Origin: Candidatus Thorarchaeota archaeon
Lineage (GTDB): Archaea > Asgardarchaeota > Thorarchaeia > Thorarchaeales > Thorarchaeaceae
Length of the DNA: 64,000 nt
Direction of reading: 5' to 3'
NCBI GenBank assembly: GCA_048882385.1
Contig: JBHLRQ010000002.1
Coordinates: forward strand, 5,581 to 69,580
Translations under genes and position numbers: made by a program
The notes under the pieces: model-generated
Seen by the model: only the letters and a program-made list of their open reading frames with translations
The model's database searches: none
Told to the model about the DNA's origin: nothing
Part shown: one piece after another, positions 9,647 through 20,400 of the stretch
Numbering within the stretch: position 1 is the stretch's first letter
Layout of the letters: the number at the start of each line of letters is the position of its first letter

Positions 9647-10395
9647 TTCTCAACTTGCTCTTTGACGGAAACATTCCGACTGAGTGAATGTGTCATTTTA
9701 CGCCAGTCAACACGGATAACAGCATATACAGTAATTATGAGAACAATAATGCTTAGCACTTCGAATGTGATGGAAGCTGGTGTAGTAGGACCCCCGATTC
9801 CAAGAATCTCCATAAACCACCCTAGACTTAATCTTCCAGCCCAGGTAACTCCTGACAGGAAAATGACTTCCCCTAAAAGACAGGGTAAGAAGAGCTTCCA
9901 CACAGAGTACCTCGCCACTCCAAGTGAAACTAAGGCTGGATCTACAGGAAGTGGAGTGGATGCTAGAATGAAAACTGCAAGTGGTGTGGCTCTTGGATGA
10001 TTCTCAATGAACTCGCTGAATCCTGATGTTGAGGTTTCATCAACGAATTTTCTTCCTGCATATCCAAGCGCATAGCTAGTCATGTCACCTATTGTTGCAC
10101 CAATTCCTGACAATATTCCTAGAAGCCACGGATCGAAAGCAAACTGTCCTGGTGAAACAGTCAATCCACCCATAACAAACGGTACACCTGCAAATGGGAC
10201 TTCAATCACTACACTTGCGCTACCAAGAAAGCATGCTAGAAATGCACCTGGATACCCGAGAAGAATAGACGCTTGAGTCATCCAATCGAACAGAAGAGTT
10301 AATGGACTTGTGAGGTCTGGAATCAATATGAGACTGATCCAATAGATAAGAATCAAGACCATCGCAACAATTAACACTCTGTCAGCTGTTCTCAT
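9643..10395 (-). CDS. DedA/YqaA-like polytopic membrane protein (paralog 1)
   Basis: About 6 TM segments and a G-rich re-entrant-like motif (PFAGVPFVMGGLTV ... STPLPVDPALVSLG) reminiscent of the DedA/Tvp38/YqaA superfamily; clear paralog of the adjacent gene. Confidence 0.45.
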   Translation of the reverse strand: MRTADRVLIVAMVLILIYWISLILIPDLTSPLTLLFDWMTQASILLGYPGAFLACFLGSASVVIEVPFAGVPFVMGGLTVSPGQFAFDPWLLGILSGIGATIGDMTSYALGYAGRKFVDETSTSGFSEFIENHPRATPLAVFILASTPLPVDPALVSLGVARYSVWKLFLPCLLGEVIFLSGVTWAGRLSLGWFMEILGIGGPTTPASITFEVLSIIVLIITVYAVIRVDWRKMTHSLSRNVSVKEQVEN

Positions 10396-10450
10396 TTCAA
10401 GAAACCATACTCGTCTTCATTGAAGCTCAATATGAAGCTTCTCACAATTA

Positions 10451-11179
10451 CTATGCCTCTTCCATCACCGTTTCCCAATCAATCCGAACAACAATATAGA
10501 TTGCGACAACAACGAGAAGCAGTGCTACAACCTCAATGACCCTTGAAAACAAGCTCAAAGGGTCAGTTCCACCAAAGAGTAATCCAATGAATTCTAGTCC
10601 AAACCTACCCGCCCACGCAATCCCCATCAGGAACATCGTTTTGCCAACAAGTTGAGGAACAGCTACCTTCCACCATGGATATCGCGCAGCTCCAAGAGGG
10701 ATTATAAGAATATCATCAGGGATCGGAGTAGCTGCAAGAAACCACAGAACAATTGGAGTAGCTCTTGGGTGTGATTCGATGAACATCTTGAATTTGGTTC
10801 TCTGGTCTTCATTGATTAAGGAGCCTCCACCATATCCAATGAAGTATCCAGTCATTTCACCTAACATCGCTCCAATGCCAGAAACAATCCCAATGACCCA
10901 TGGATTGAAAACGAATACGGATCCTACAGTGAGCCCCCCCATAATGAAAGGAACTGCTATGTATGGAAATGGAAAAAGAACTGTGGCATTTCCTAGGATT
11001 GATATAATGAACGTCCCTGGATATCCTATTGACAGTGAGAGGTTCAATAGAACATTATACGCAGCTGCAAATGGACTGCTGAAAGTTGGATACACCATTC
11101 CAACGACTAAATACACAAAGAGAAACGAGACTGAGATAATCAATAGCTTGTCTGCTCTTTTTGATAGCATAGAGTCCAC
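10451..11179 (-). CDS. DedA/YqaA-like polytopic membrane protein (paralog 2)
   Basis: Same layout as 9643-10395 (PFPYIAVPFIMGGLTV ... ATPIPDDILIIPLGAARY); tandem duplication. Confidence 0.45.
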   Translation of the reverse strand: MDSMLSKRADKLLIISVSFLFVYLVVGMVYPTFSSPFAAAYNVLLNLSLSIGYPGTFIISILGNATVLFPFPYIAVPFIMGGLTVGSVFVFNPWVIGIVSGIGAMLGEMTGYFIGYGGGSLINEDQRTKFKMFIESHPRATPIVLWFLAATPIPDDILIIPLGAARYPWWKVAVPQLVGKTMFLMGIAWAGRFGLEFIGLLFGGTDPLSLFSRVIEVVALLLVVVAIYIVVRIDWETVMEEA

Positions 11180-11277
11180 AGGTCAGAGCTTTAATGGCTG
11201 GGATAAGAAGGTTCCTTCACACTCCTGCTGGTAACTTTAAGAGGTAAGTCGACAACAGGACTTTTGGGTACTCGGAG

Positions 11278-12537
11278 ATGAGAATCGACCTGCATTACGG
11301 AGAGGGATTACTACCCCTGGAGATCAGCTCATCCACTGAACATGTTGTTCCTCAGACGGTAGATGTGCATCCCAATACCGCTGCAGAGCTATTGAGGGTT
11401 CTAGAAACTCCTGCTGACTCTGCTCCTCTTTCAGAGATTGTTTCAAGGGCAAATTCAATTTCCATTGTAGTCAATCAGATTGAACATCCCGAGCTTGCAC
11501 GGAATCTACTTCATTTTCTACTAAATAGTGTTGAAACGTTCTCATTCAACCCGGATGATATTACAATAATCTATCCTATTGATCCCGACCAAAGAATTTC
11601 ATCAAATGAGATTGACGAGATGTTGGGATCTCCCGAATCCAGGGGTCACTCTTTGGTTCTTCACAATCCAAATTCAAACGAAATGCTGAATCTAGTTGGT
11701 GAAACGCCAAGTAACTCAACACCTGTTTTTGTGAATGAGAGGTTTCTGTGTACTGATGTAAAAATTGGACTAGGTCAAATCCGCCCTGATGTCTTTGCTG
11801 GTGCAACAGGAGGTAGGATGTCGGTATTGCCCTATGCGTCTGGAATCAGGACAATTACGAGAAATACTCGGCTTAGAACAACTCATAATTTCGGACCCTT
11901 TAACCTGACAACTCCTTCATGTATTGATATGATTGAAGCTTCAAAGCTAGGTGGTCTTGATTTTATTGTGAATTATGTTTCTGACTGGTTGGGTAATGTT
12001 GCACATATATGCGCTGGCAATCCATATTCTTCCTGGGAATCCGGAGTTGATTCTGCGAAGATGCTTGCCAATGCAGAATTCACTCGCCGAGCGGACATTG
12101 CAATTGTAAGTGCTGGTGGTTATCCTTCAGATTTGACTCTCTATGATGCTATTGATAGTCTTCATACTGCATTTGAAGTAACTGAAAATGGCGGTGCAAT
12201 TGTTTTGATTGCAGAATGTAATAAGGGGGTTGGTCCAAAAGGTTTCATTCGCGGAGTGTCAGAATTCTCTTCTGAAAATGATGTTACCTTGGCAGCTGAA
12301 ATCGGGTTCGAACTCGGATTTGAGAAAGCTCAGTTTTTCTGGAATGTCCTGTCCTCAAGAAAGCTTGTGATATGCAGTCGACTTCGACACTCACTTGTGG
12401 AAGAACGCCTTCGTAGTGAAGCTGTGAGAGATCCGCAAGAAGGACTTGAGGTTGCTCAGACTATGCTTGCATCAAAGAGGAAAATCGCAGTAATACCCCA
12501 TGGTATTAGAACCGTTCCTCATTTTAAGAATCACTGA
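11278..12537 (+). CDS. LarA-like (DUF2088) family protein, function uncertain
   Basis: Size of about 420 aa and an N-terminal layout resembling nickel-pincer lactate racemase LarA / DUF2088, including the VFAGATGGR segment. The assignment rests on pattern recall only. Confidence 0.4.
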   Translation: MRIDLHYGEGLLPLEISSSTEHVVPQTVDVHPNTAAELLRVLETPADSAPLSEIVSRANSISIVVNQIEHPELARNLLHFLLNSVETFSFNPDDITIIYPIDPDQRISSNEIDEMLGSPESRGHSLVLHNPNSNEMLNLVGETPSNSTPVFVNERFLCTDVKIGLGQIRPDVFAGATGGRMSVLPYASGIRTITRNTRLRTTHNFGPFNLTTPSCIDMIEASKLGGLDFIVNYVSDWLGNVAHICAGNPYSSWESGVDSAKMLANAEFTRRADIAIVSAGGYPSDLTLYDAIDSLHTAFEVTENGGAIVLIAECNKGVGPKGFIRGVSEFSSENDVTLAAEIGFELGFEKAQFFWNVLSSRKLVICSRLRHSLVEERLRSEAVRDPQEGLEVAQTMLASKRKIAVIPHGIRTVPHFKNH

Positions 12538-12544
12538 ATCTCCT

Positions 12545-12841
12545 TCATACAAAGAGGGCATCTACAGCATCGATTGCGCCTTTAGCTTCTTCAGGACTAA
12601 ACTCTGGTAGTTCACCAATCTTAGCAATCTTGATGGTGACCAAGGCATCTTCATTTTTTGGTTCCATTACCCAAGACATGTCTATCCCAGGTTGTTCAGA
12701 AATAAACTGACCCAGCATCTCCAACCAAGCTTCTTTGACATCATCTATCTTAAGGTAGATGAATTCTATCAATGGAATGGTTATCTCTACTTTGAGAATG
12801 CGCCCGTCAACAATGTTGTAGTTTTCTATGTCCCAAGGCAT
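12545..12841 (-). CDS. hypothetical small acidic protein
   Basis: ORF convergent with the LarA-like gene and immediately downstream of the 1475-aa surface protein gene. Confidence 0.35.
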   Translation of the reverse strand: MPWDIENYNIVDGRILKVEITIPLIEFIYLKIDDVKEAWLEMLGQFISEQPGIDMSWVMEPKNEDALVTIKIAKIGELPEFSPEEAKGAIDAVDALFV

Positions 12842-12914
12842 CGCTGAGCACGTCCTCCTTCAATTCTGTATGATACATAAGTGTTCTTGGCTCGAAAGGG
12901 TTTCCAAACTGATA

Positions 12915-15900
12915 TTATTGCTCCTTTTCTTTGTCTTCCTTCTTGGCTTCTTCTTCAGCTTCTTTTTGAAGGATAGACTCCACATCCTGCACAAATGCTT
13001 CCATTGGATCCAATTCAGGTTCTGGTTCTGCTTCGGGTTCTTTCACAACCTCTGCCACTTCCTCTTCCTCCTCTTTTGGTATCTCATATTCTAATTCTCC
13101 AATAGGTTTCAGCATCTCATCAGAACCGTCAGCCAAGGCTAATCCTTGTCTCTGAAGAATTGTCTGGATTCCAATTGGAACAATCACTCCTCTGTCTTGG
13201 AGATGTAGAAGTCTATCCAAGACCTGTGCTTCAGTCCTATCCAACATCTCACCGAGAGGTTTCAAGAGATTCTTTAGATAGAACTCACCTCTTTCGTCTC
13301 GTACAGCACCTATGTAATCAAGGATCTTTGCATCCAATTTGGAAACTTTCTGTGTTGGACCAAACCTATGAGGAAGATGCCACGCATAATTGAAAGCTGA
13401 ATTGAGAGTTGAAACAACCCATTCTGGATCAAAACAATCAACAACTCCAGTCCATCCATCAAGGTCCTGGTCATATTGATTCTCAAACAGCTCAACAAAG
13501 AACTGGAGTCGGTCTCTCAAGAGTGGTGTCATTTCTCCTCCCAAGATAAGGATTCCAATGATGTATTGTCCACTGTAGCTGTTCAAACGAAGTCCATGAT
13601 ACTGAATCTCTTCTAAAGTTCCGCGAACACCATCACCCTTTATCTCTCCGTAAACACTGGTTATTGCAGCGATGAATCCGCTGATCAAATCTGGTTGAAT
13701 CCGTTCCTCAGTGAATGGATGATAGAACACACAAGTCCCTCTATCAAGATATACTGCCATGAAGTGCTGGATTGTTTCAAGGTCTCTAAACATCTGAAGC
13801 TGGTTTTCGAGTCCCTTCTTTGCAGCCTTCTTTTTCGGTTTTACAGTCCTGTTATATCCAGTGGCCACAATACCTAGTAGAGCTATAGCAAATACAATCA
13901 TGAGGCCAATGCCGCTGGTGAAGAATGCTAACAGAAGAGAAAGTGGACTGACGCCGACTCCTGCAACTTCAGTCATCTCTGCATTCCATCTTGTTCTGCT
14001 CCCATCATAGATGGCACGTGCAGTCAGTCTGTCAACATTTCCAAAGGGAACTTGGAAACCAACTGATGCAACACCTTCTGTATTGGTGGTGTCAGTCATT
14101 GTCGGACCAGTGTATTGGATAACTGTGCCGTTGTCAAAATGCACAGAAACTTCGAAGCGTATCAATTCTCCCGGTATTGCGGGATTACCAGTATTGTTAG
14201 ACCTCAGAGTTGCTATGACTTCCATGAACTGACCAGCAATCAGGTCTCCATCGAATGTCACCTGTAGATAGACTGCTTCCTTGGCAAGAACTGTAAAGTC
14301 AGTCTGGCTCGTAGCAGTCACAGCGTATTGAGCAGAAGCAGAAACATCGATTGTGTAAGAACCGGGCGAAGATTCCAGAATAATCTCTATGGTATAGACT
14401 CCAGCTGAATATTCAAGAACATAGTCTGTTCCGTCCAATGTCATAGTGACAGTAGCGCTTGTGATTGCTGTATTGAATACTGAGTCTTCATAGGTCACTG
14501 TGACTGTGAGGTTCCACTCCTCATATTCAGAACTGACATGCACAACGTCAATTGTAGTTGTAGCACTTACGGTCAGATTGAGTTCCATTTGGTCAGAAAC
14601 ATAACCCGTCCTTTCGACGTACACATTGAATGTTTCAATTCCTCTTGTGTTGTCTGGGACAATATTGAAGGTGTATAGTCCTCCAGCTCCTGCCAATAAT
14701 TGATAGGGATTACCAAAAGCAATGAACGATACATTCGCATCTGTAATTGGGCTACCAGTCGAATCTGTCAGAGTGATGGTAAGAGGAACACTCGTGGCAT
14801 AGTCAGTAGTTTCAGAATCTCCAGACCACGAGCTACTGAGATTTGGAGTGTCTTCATATACAATGAAAGTTGCAGTATCGTTTCGCGTGGTGTACCCATC
14901 AGCTGTAGCTCTGACCATAATATCCCAAGCACCAAGGTAGTTAGATCCCAAAAGAGTAACTTCCCATTTTGCTGATATAGGGTTAAATACAAGATTAACT
15001 GGCGCTGATCCGTTGAATGTGACTCGTACAACAGTGTTACTATCAATTGGAACTGAACTATAATTATATGTGACTTGAATGAATAGACTCTCAATATATG
15101 AGATGTTCAGAGTAGATGGATTATACTCTACACCGAATACCTCTCCTGTCTGACTGCCAATTGTGATCATGATTGTGGCATCAAATTGGGCTTCGTATCC
15201 TGCTTTCCAAGCACTCACATTCAAAGCAAAAGTTCCTGGAACTCCTGTGAAGTTCTCACCAGTTAGTTCAATCCACCAAGTTTCTGTTAGTGGGTCCCAA
15301 GCCATGTCATATGTCGACCCCTGGAATGTTACATTGACTGTTGCGCTTGTGATTCTTGTATCATCAAGCATTCTATAAGTCACAGTGAGATTTGTACTAT
15401 CCAAATATGCAATGTCATTTGTGTTTGACCAGCTCCAGTTGAGAGCCCGGGTCTCATGAATCAGCGTTACACTTACTGTTAGACTGAGGTTCTCAAGAGC
15501 AGATCCCTCAGCATAGATGTAAAGATTATAAACTCCATCAGCCATGGAAGTGGTCGAAACTGTTGCTGTCCATCTACCTCCACCACCGTCAATTAGCGAG
15601 GTGTTACCGGATCCAAAATCATAGGAAACTGCAGCAAGAGAAATATCAAGTCCTCTGGCTGGGAAAATTTGGTCAAAGTTCACTCCAATGTCAAATGTGT
15701 TTTCAGTAAAAGCTGATATGACCATATTATCTGCAACCAAAGTAGTTGCATAATAGACAAAAACATCTGCTACAGAGTATCCAGCTTCTGTTCCATTTGT
15801 CCAAAATACTTCAATTGAATGTGTCCCGTTCCCAGTGGTATAGGCACTTATGTCCCAGATGAATGAAGACAAACCCTCAGTTGCAGTTGTTTCAACGGGG

Positions 15901-17342
15901 GAATAAATTTGACTACCAGACTGAAGGACTGTTAGATTTGTTGTTCCACCATTCAAAGGATTACTCAAGCTATCCTCGATTGTTGCATTGATATCAAGAT
16001 CTACAAGGATACTAACTTGTCCACCTACTACTGAATCATCGGATCTGTCGAAAATGTCGAGAGCAGTGATGTAATTAGGTGCTGATGATGACAATGTCCA
16101 AGCTCCATCAGTCATTGCAATACATTGAACGGTTGTACCATATTTCGTATTTGTGCCAACAATTGGAGTCGATCCATTATACAGATTTATCGGATTCCAG
16201 TCTGACTGTACTGTGAAGTTGAGAAACCGATTGAGGGTACCAGAAACGGAAGGATAGGTAATAGTTGTAGAAGAGTTCCATTCTACATTGGATAAAGGCG
16301 TATCTGAAAACCAATTTGTAAAAGCTGTACCTGTTTTCTTGTACCAGAGAGTTAAATCATAATCCACATACGCAGACTGGTTAGTGTTCAATTTTATTGA
16401 TGTAATATTAGCTAGTTCATTTGTAAATGTCCATGAAAATCCAGTCATAGTACTCGAATTCGCTTGTAGTGATAGACTCTCCGGATTGAAGAATTGGAGT
16501 GCTGTATCAGAAGTTCTATTCCATGGAATATAGGTATAGTTGAAGAGAGGTTCAAGAGTGGCAGGCTGCCATACACCATTTCCCATAATGTAGGAATTGA
16601 ATACTCCTGGTGCATCCTCTGAACCCCAGTAGATGCTTGGAAGCGTTGGGATCGGTAATCCTGCTTTCTTAAGTAGTGAACCATTGATTATTGCCCAGTA
16701 TATTGAGTTTGCATCAAGCTCTGCAGATTCTCCTGGAATGGTTGACCACAAAAAGACGGCATCATGAGCTGTCATGTTAACTCGAGACGTGATTGCAGAT
16801 GATGTTGTGTAGTCGCTCATAATAGAGAATGATGCATTTCCTCTTGTAGACGGAGTATAGTCATCGGTACTATAGTATATTGAGTAATTTTGTAATGAAC
16901 CATTGAACGGTTGATTATAGAACCCTTGAGCTAGTTGGGAATAATTTGTTGGGCCTGATTCAAGTATCCAAAAGAACGGATTTTCATAAGTGACTCCCAA
17001 TACTTCTCTTTCAGGTGCAGCCTTTAGACTACTCACATCCATTTCTACTTTATAGATATGCCAGCCCGGTATAAGATATCCAGAAAGGTCAACGTCGCCC
17101 GAATGCACAACTGTGTTGGAATATGTGTTTAGAATTGTTGTCTGCAAAGTGTTCAGAGCTCTTGACATATATGCTGATGTCGGAAGTGTGACTCCTGCTT
17201 GACCCGCTGATGACAGAGTAAGCGTAGGTTCTTGAACTCTGTTGGTGATTGAAACAGGACTGGTAATATCAAACTGATTTATTGTTGTAGGAATGGTCAA
17301 CATAAATAAGACAATTACCAACGAAATGGTCGTCTTTCGCAT
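12915..17342 (-). CDS. large secreted, glycosylated surface protein with a single C-terminal TM and a 312-aa cytoplasmic domain
   Basis: N-terminal signal peptide (MRKTTISLVIVLFMLTIPTT), very high density of NxS/T sequons, and an N-terminal about 900 aa paralogous to the adjacent 3056-aa protein (shared YSQLAQGFYNQP, IYYxTDDYxPxxRGNAS). A TM segment (LSLLLAFFTSGIGLMIVFAIALLGIVATGY) is followed by a basic stop-transfer KPKKKAAKK, then a cytoplasmic domain and an acidic tail. Confidence 0.7.
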   Translation of the reverse strand: MRKTTISLVIVLFMLTIPTTINQFDITSPVSITNRVQEPTLTLSSAGQAGVTLPTSAYMSRALNTLQTTILNTYSNTVVHSGDVDLSGYLIPGWHIYKVEMDVSSLKAAPEREVLGVTYENPFFWILESGPTNYSQLAQGFYNQPFNGSLQNYSIYYSTDDYTPSTRGNASFSIMSDYTTSSAITSRVNMTAHDAVFLWSTIPGESAELDANSIYWAIINGSLLKKAGLPIPTLPSIYWGSEDAPGVFNSYIMGNGVWQPATLEPLFNYTYIPWNRTSDTALQFFNPESLSLQANSSTMTGFSWTFTNELANITSIKLNTNQSAYVDYDLTLWYKKTGTAFTNWFSDTPLSNVEWNSSTTITYPSVSGTLNRFLNFTVQSDWNPINLYNGSTPIVGTNTKYGTTVQCIAMTDGAWTLSSSAPNYITALDIFDRSDDSVVGGQVSILVDLDINATIEDSLSNPLNGGTTNLTVLQSGSQIYSPVETTATEGLSSFIWDISAYTTGNGTHSIEVFWTNGTEAGYSVADVFVYYATTLVADNMVISAFTENTFDIGVNFDQIFPARGLDISLAAVSYDFGSGNTSLIDGGGGRWTATVSTTSMADGVYNLYIYAEGSALENLSLTVSVTLIHETRALNWSWSNTNDIAYLDSTNLTVTYRMLDDTRITSATVNVTFQGSTYDMAWDPLTETWWIELTGENFTGVPGTFALNVSAWKAGYEAQFDATIMITIGSQTGEVFGVEYNPSTLNISYIESLFIQVTYNYSSVPIDSNTVVRVTFNGSAPVNLVFNPISAKWEVTLLGSNYLGAWDIMVRATADGYTTRNDTATFIVYEDTPNLSSSWSGDSETTDYATSVPLTITLTDSTGSPITDANVSFIAFGNPYQLLAGAGGLYTFNIVPDNTRGIETFNVYVERTGYVSDQMELNLTVSATTTIDVVHVSSEYEEWNLTVTVTYEDSVFNTAITSATVTMTLDGTDYVLEYSAGVYTIEIILESSPGSYTIDVSASAQYAVTATSQTDFTVLAKEAVYLQVTFDGDLIAGQFMEVIATLRSNNTGNPAIPGELIRFEVSVHFDNGTVIQYTGPTMTDTTNTEGVASVGFQVPFGNVDRLTARAIYDGSRTRWNAEMTEVAGVGVSPLSLLLAFFTSGIGLMIVFAIALLGIVATGYNRTVKPKKKAAKKGLENQLQMFRDLETIQHFMAVYLDRGTCVFYHPFTEERIQPDLISGFIAAITSVYGEIKGDGVRGTLEEIQYHGLRLNSYSGQYIIGILILGGEMTPLLRDRLQFFVELFENQYDQDLDGWTGVVDCFDPEWVVSTLNSAFNYAWHLPHRFGPTQKVSKLDAKILDYIGAVRDERGEFYLKNLLKPLGEMLDRTEAQVLDRLLHLQDRGVIVPIGIQTILQRQGLALADGSDEMLKPIGELEYEIPKEEEEEVAEVVKEPEAEPEPELDPMEAFVQDVESILQKEAEEEAKKEDKEKEQ

Positions 17343-17468
17343 ATTGATACCTCTATATCATTCGGGACAGTTTGTGGCGTCCGATTATGAAGTCACATCC
17401 TTGTCTATTACATGTTAGTGGGACGGACAACGAGAATTATGAAATTCGTTATATCAATCTATCCTGCT

Positions 17469-20400
17469 TCAGTCCCCACCACGGAAACGAATTCTTCGAA
17501 GCTTTCCATCTCTGACCTCTTCAAAGGCTGGGTTCGATTCAAGGAGTTTCTTCACCATTGCTCCCGCCTTACTGGTAGTTATCTCAAGCGATTGAGCAAT
17601 CTGTGCTCGAGTGAGTCCTTCTATGTTTCCTCTGATTTGATCCTGAAGTAAGTCCATTTCGCCTTTAGGTGGAGGAGTCATTGAGGAGGGAGCAACAACT
17701 GGTTCAGCAATAGAAACTGATTCTGTTCCTCTCCCTCTTCGTCGTCGTAATACTATCAGACCAGCAATTGATCCTCCTCCTCCCACAATAATTGTGAGAG
17801 TCAGCGGATCTTCAAAGAGTGATATTATGAAAGAAAGCATGTCCATTCCACCTGGAGAAACTTCTCTAATTTCTGTGTTAGAAACTGCAGGCCACTCGCC
17901 AATGCTGCCTTCAAACTCCGCCCATACTGTTAGTTTCGTTGCATCAGATGGAACATTGAACTCAAGTAAATCACGAGCTACTTCGATGATCTCATGAGGT
18001 GACGCTTGTCCTCTTTCAATGATAATATGAACAGCTACTTCGAAACCGGTAATAGAACCTGATTCATAACTCGCCTGAATAACTATCTGAATTGTTTGAC
18101 CTGCTTGTACTTCTTCATCTACTTCAATCACAAGTGTGTACAATATCTTTGGTACGATATCAAGCTGAATCTCTCCGGTTTCTGTTTCGCAATCAATAGC
18201 TGATGCAGTGAAGTTGAGAATATACGATCCTGGAGCCAATGACCCAAGCCAGATATCAACAGAGTATTCTTGAGAATCTGAATCGTAGAATAATGGATAT
18301 TGAAATCCGACTAATTCAATTGTGATTTCTCCCCAATCGACTATAGTAGCATGAGGCCCATCGTATATCTGAATTGCAACGGTTATTGTTTCGTTTTCGA
18401 ACTGCTCGATCTCGTCCACAAAGGACAAAACAATTGGTAGTTCAATAATCTCGATCTCTACACCGCCATTACCTGCGATGTATCCTGTTCTAGAGAATGT
18501 CGCATTGAGCTGATAGATTCCTATATGTAGAGCATCATTGTCTATTTGGATGTTGTATGTGCCGTTTCCAAAATCAACAATAGAGAAGGTGTCTGGCCAG
18601 ACGACAGCTGGCTCATATCCAGAAATACCCACCAAATTCTTGTTGTCCATCCATGTGAAGGACACCGTAATCGAATCAAATGGAAAGACCTGATAAAGCA
18701 CGTCATCAAAATCAACACTAGTTGGAATTGCATCGACAGTCATGTCGAATGAGTTTGTGTCCGGCTCAAAGCCAAATGCATCGACAGACACAACTACTGA
18801 ATGCATTCCTAGACCCGCAGTTGATCCTGTGATGGTGAAAGTCCAATGATCAGTGACCCATAGGACTGATTGGTCGATACTGTCAATAGTCACTGTACAG
18901 GTCCCGCCTGTCACTGAGGTGGTGTTCAGAAGCTGGTAGTAGATATTTAGAGTCATACTTTCGTCATAATAGATGGTTGCATTCGATATTATGATAGTGA
19001 GATTTGTCGGAGCTAAGGATATTGTCAATAGTCTAGAATCCCAGCCATCAGCATAACCTGTCTTGTTTGCAGTCACCGTAACATTCCAAACTCCTATACC
19101 AATATCACTTGCTTTCATGCTGAAGTGCCACTTTTTGTCAAATGCACTATATGTAAGGGTGTAAGGTGTGCCATTAATCGAAACTTCAACAGTTGCACCG
19201 ACAATTGGTTGATAGTCTTCAGTATAGACGACTGACAGATTTACAGTATCTATGAATGAAGCCTCTAAACTCAATGGCTCCCAAGTGGCAATAAAGGAGT
19301 TTGCTGCAAGAGTCACATTGATTCCTATGGTTAAGTTTGTCTGATACTGATATCCATAAAGCCATGCATTGATAGTTGCAATTCGTTCTCCAATACCAAG
19401 TTCTTGACCTGGAATTGATACACTCCATATATCTGCAGAATAAGTCAGGTTGTAAAATCGACCGTCAATACTCACATTGACAATGGCTGTTTCAGGGACA
19501 TCCCCTTCATAGAAAGTATAGTCCACAGTCAAGTTAAGTAAATCAGTATACTCGATTGTAACATTGGATGGTTCCCAAGTTACAGCTAGAGGATCAGTTG
19601 AAACCGGATTTACTGTGAGTATTATGCCCAAGGACTCACTGTACTCGTATCCATATACTTGAGCTCGAATATCAGCAACATGACCGCCCAATGACAGATT
19701 GTTTCTCGTCAAGGTAGTAATCCAAAGGCTTCCGTCGAAGGTCAGGCTGTATGTATTCGTTCCATCAATGGTGATGTTTACCACTGTGCCCACCGAAGGA
19801 ACCGTAACACCAGTTCCATTGTAATAGTAGTCTACAGTAAGGTCAATATCCTGAAGATAGTCAACAACAGTTGAGGACCAGACAATTGTGAGGTTTGTCA
19901 AGGCTTTCTCTATAGTGAAGCTTATCGATAGTGATATGACCGGATCATATCCAAACTTGCTGAAGTTGGCCCAGACATTATGCAGTCCAAGGTCGAATGT
20001 GTTGTTGAACTCAATCCAGTATGCACCAGCAGTTCCATGGAGTATATACTCTGTACTATTCACATAGACTAACTTCGTGGTTGCATTTTCAATTGGCGAA
20101 CCTTGGGAATCTAGAAAGTCAAACGATAGAATTACACTCTCAGTCCAGTCAATGGTATACGACGTCCATGATGGAGTGACAGTTGGGGAGTCTGTTCTCA
20201 AAATAAGTGATGTTGAGGGTAATTGTGCTACGTAGACAGGAGCAGATGCTTGAATATCGACTGTAAATGTTCCTAGGCCTGGTGGAATTTGATCGCCATC
20301 AAAACGGACCTGATATGCACCTGCAGTATCATTCCAAGCAAGGGTCCATGGCGGATACACTCCAATTGTTGCATTAACTATGGCTCCAAGAATGTCTGAG

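Noticed and set aside
12828-13094. 88-aa plus-strand ORF rich in Phe/Leu overlapping the 3' end of the 1475-aa gene
   Set aside because: It is the antisense translation of the Glu/Lys-rich acidic tail (GAA/AAG repeats read as TTC/CTT) and is not a real gene.
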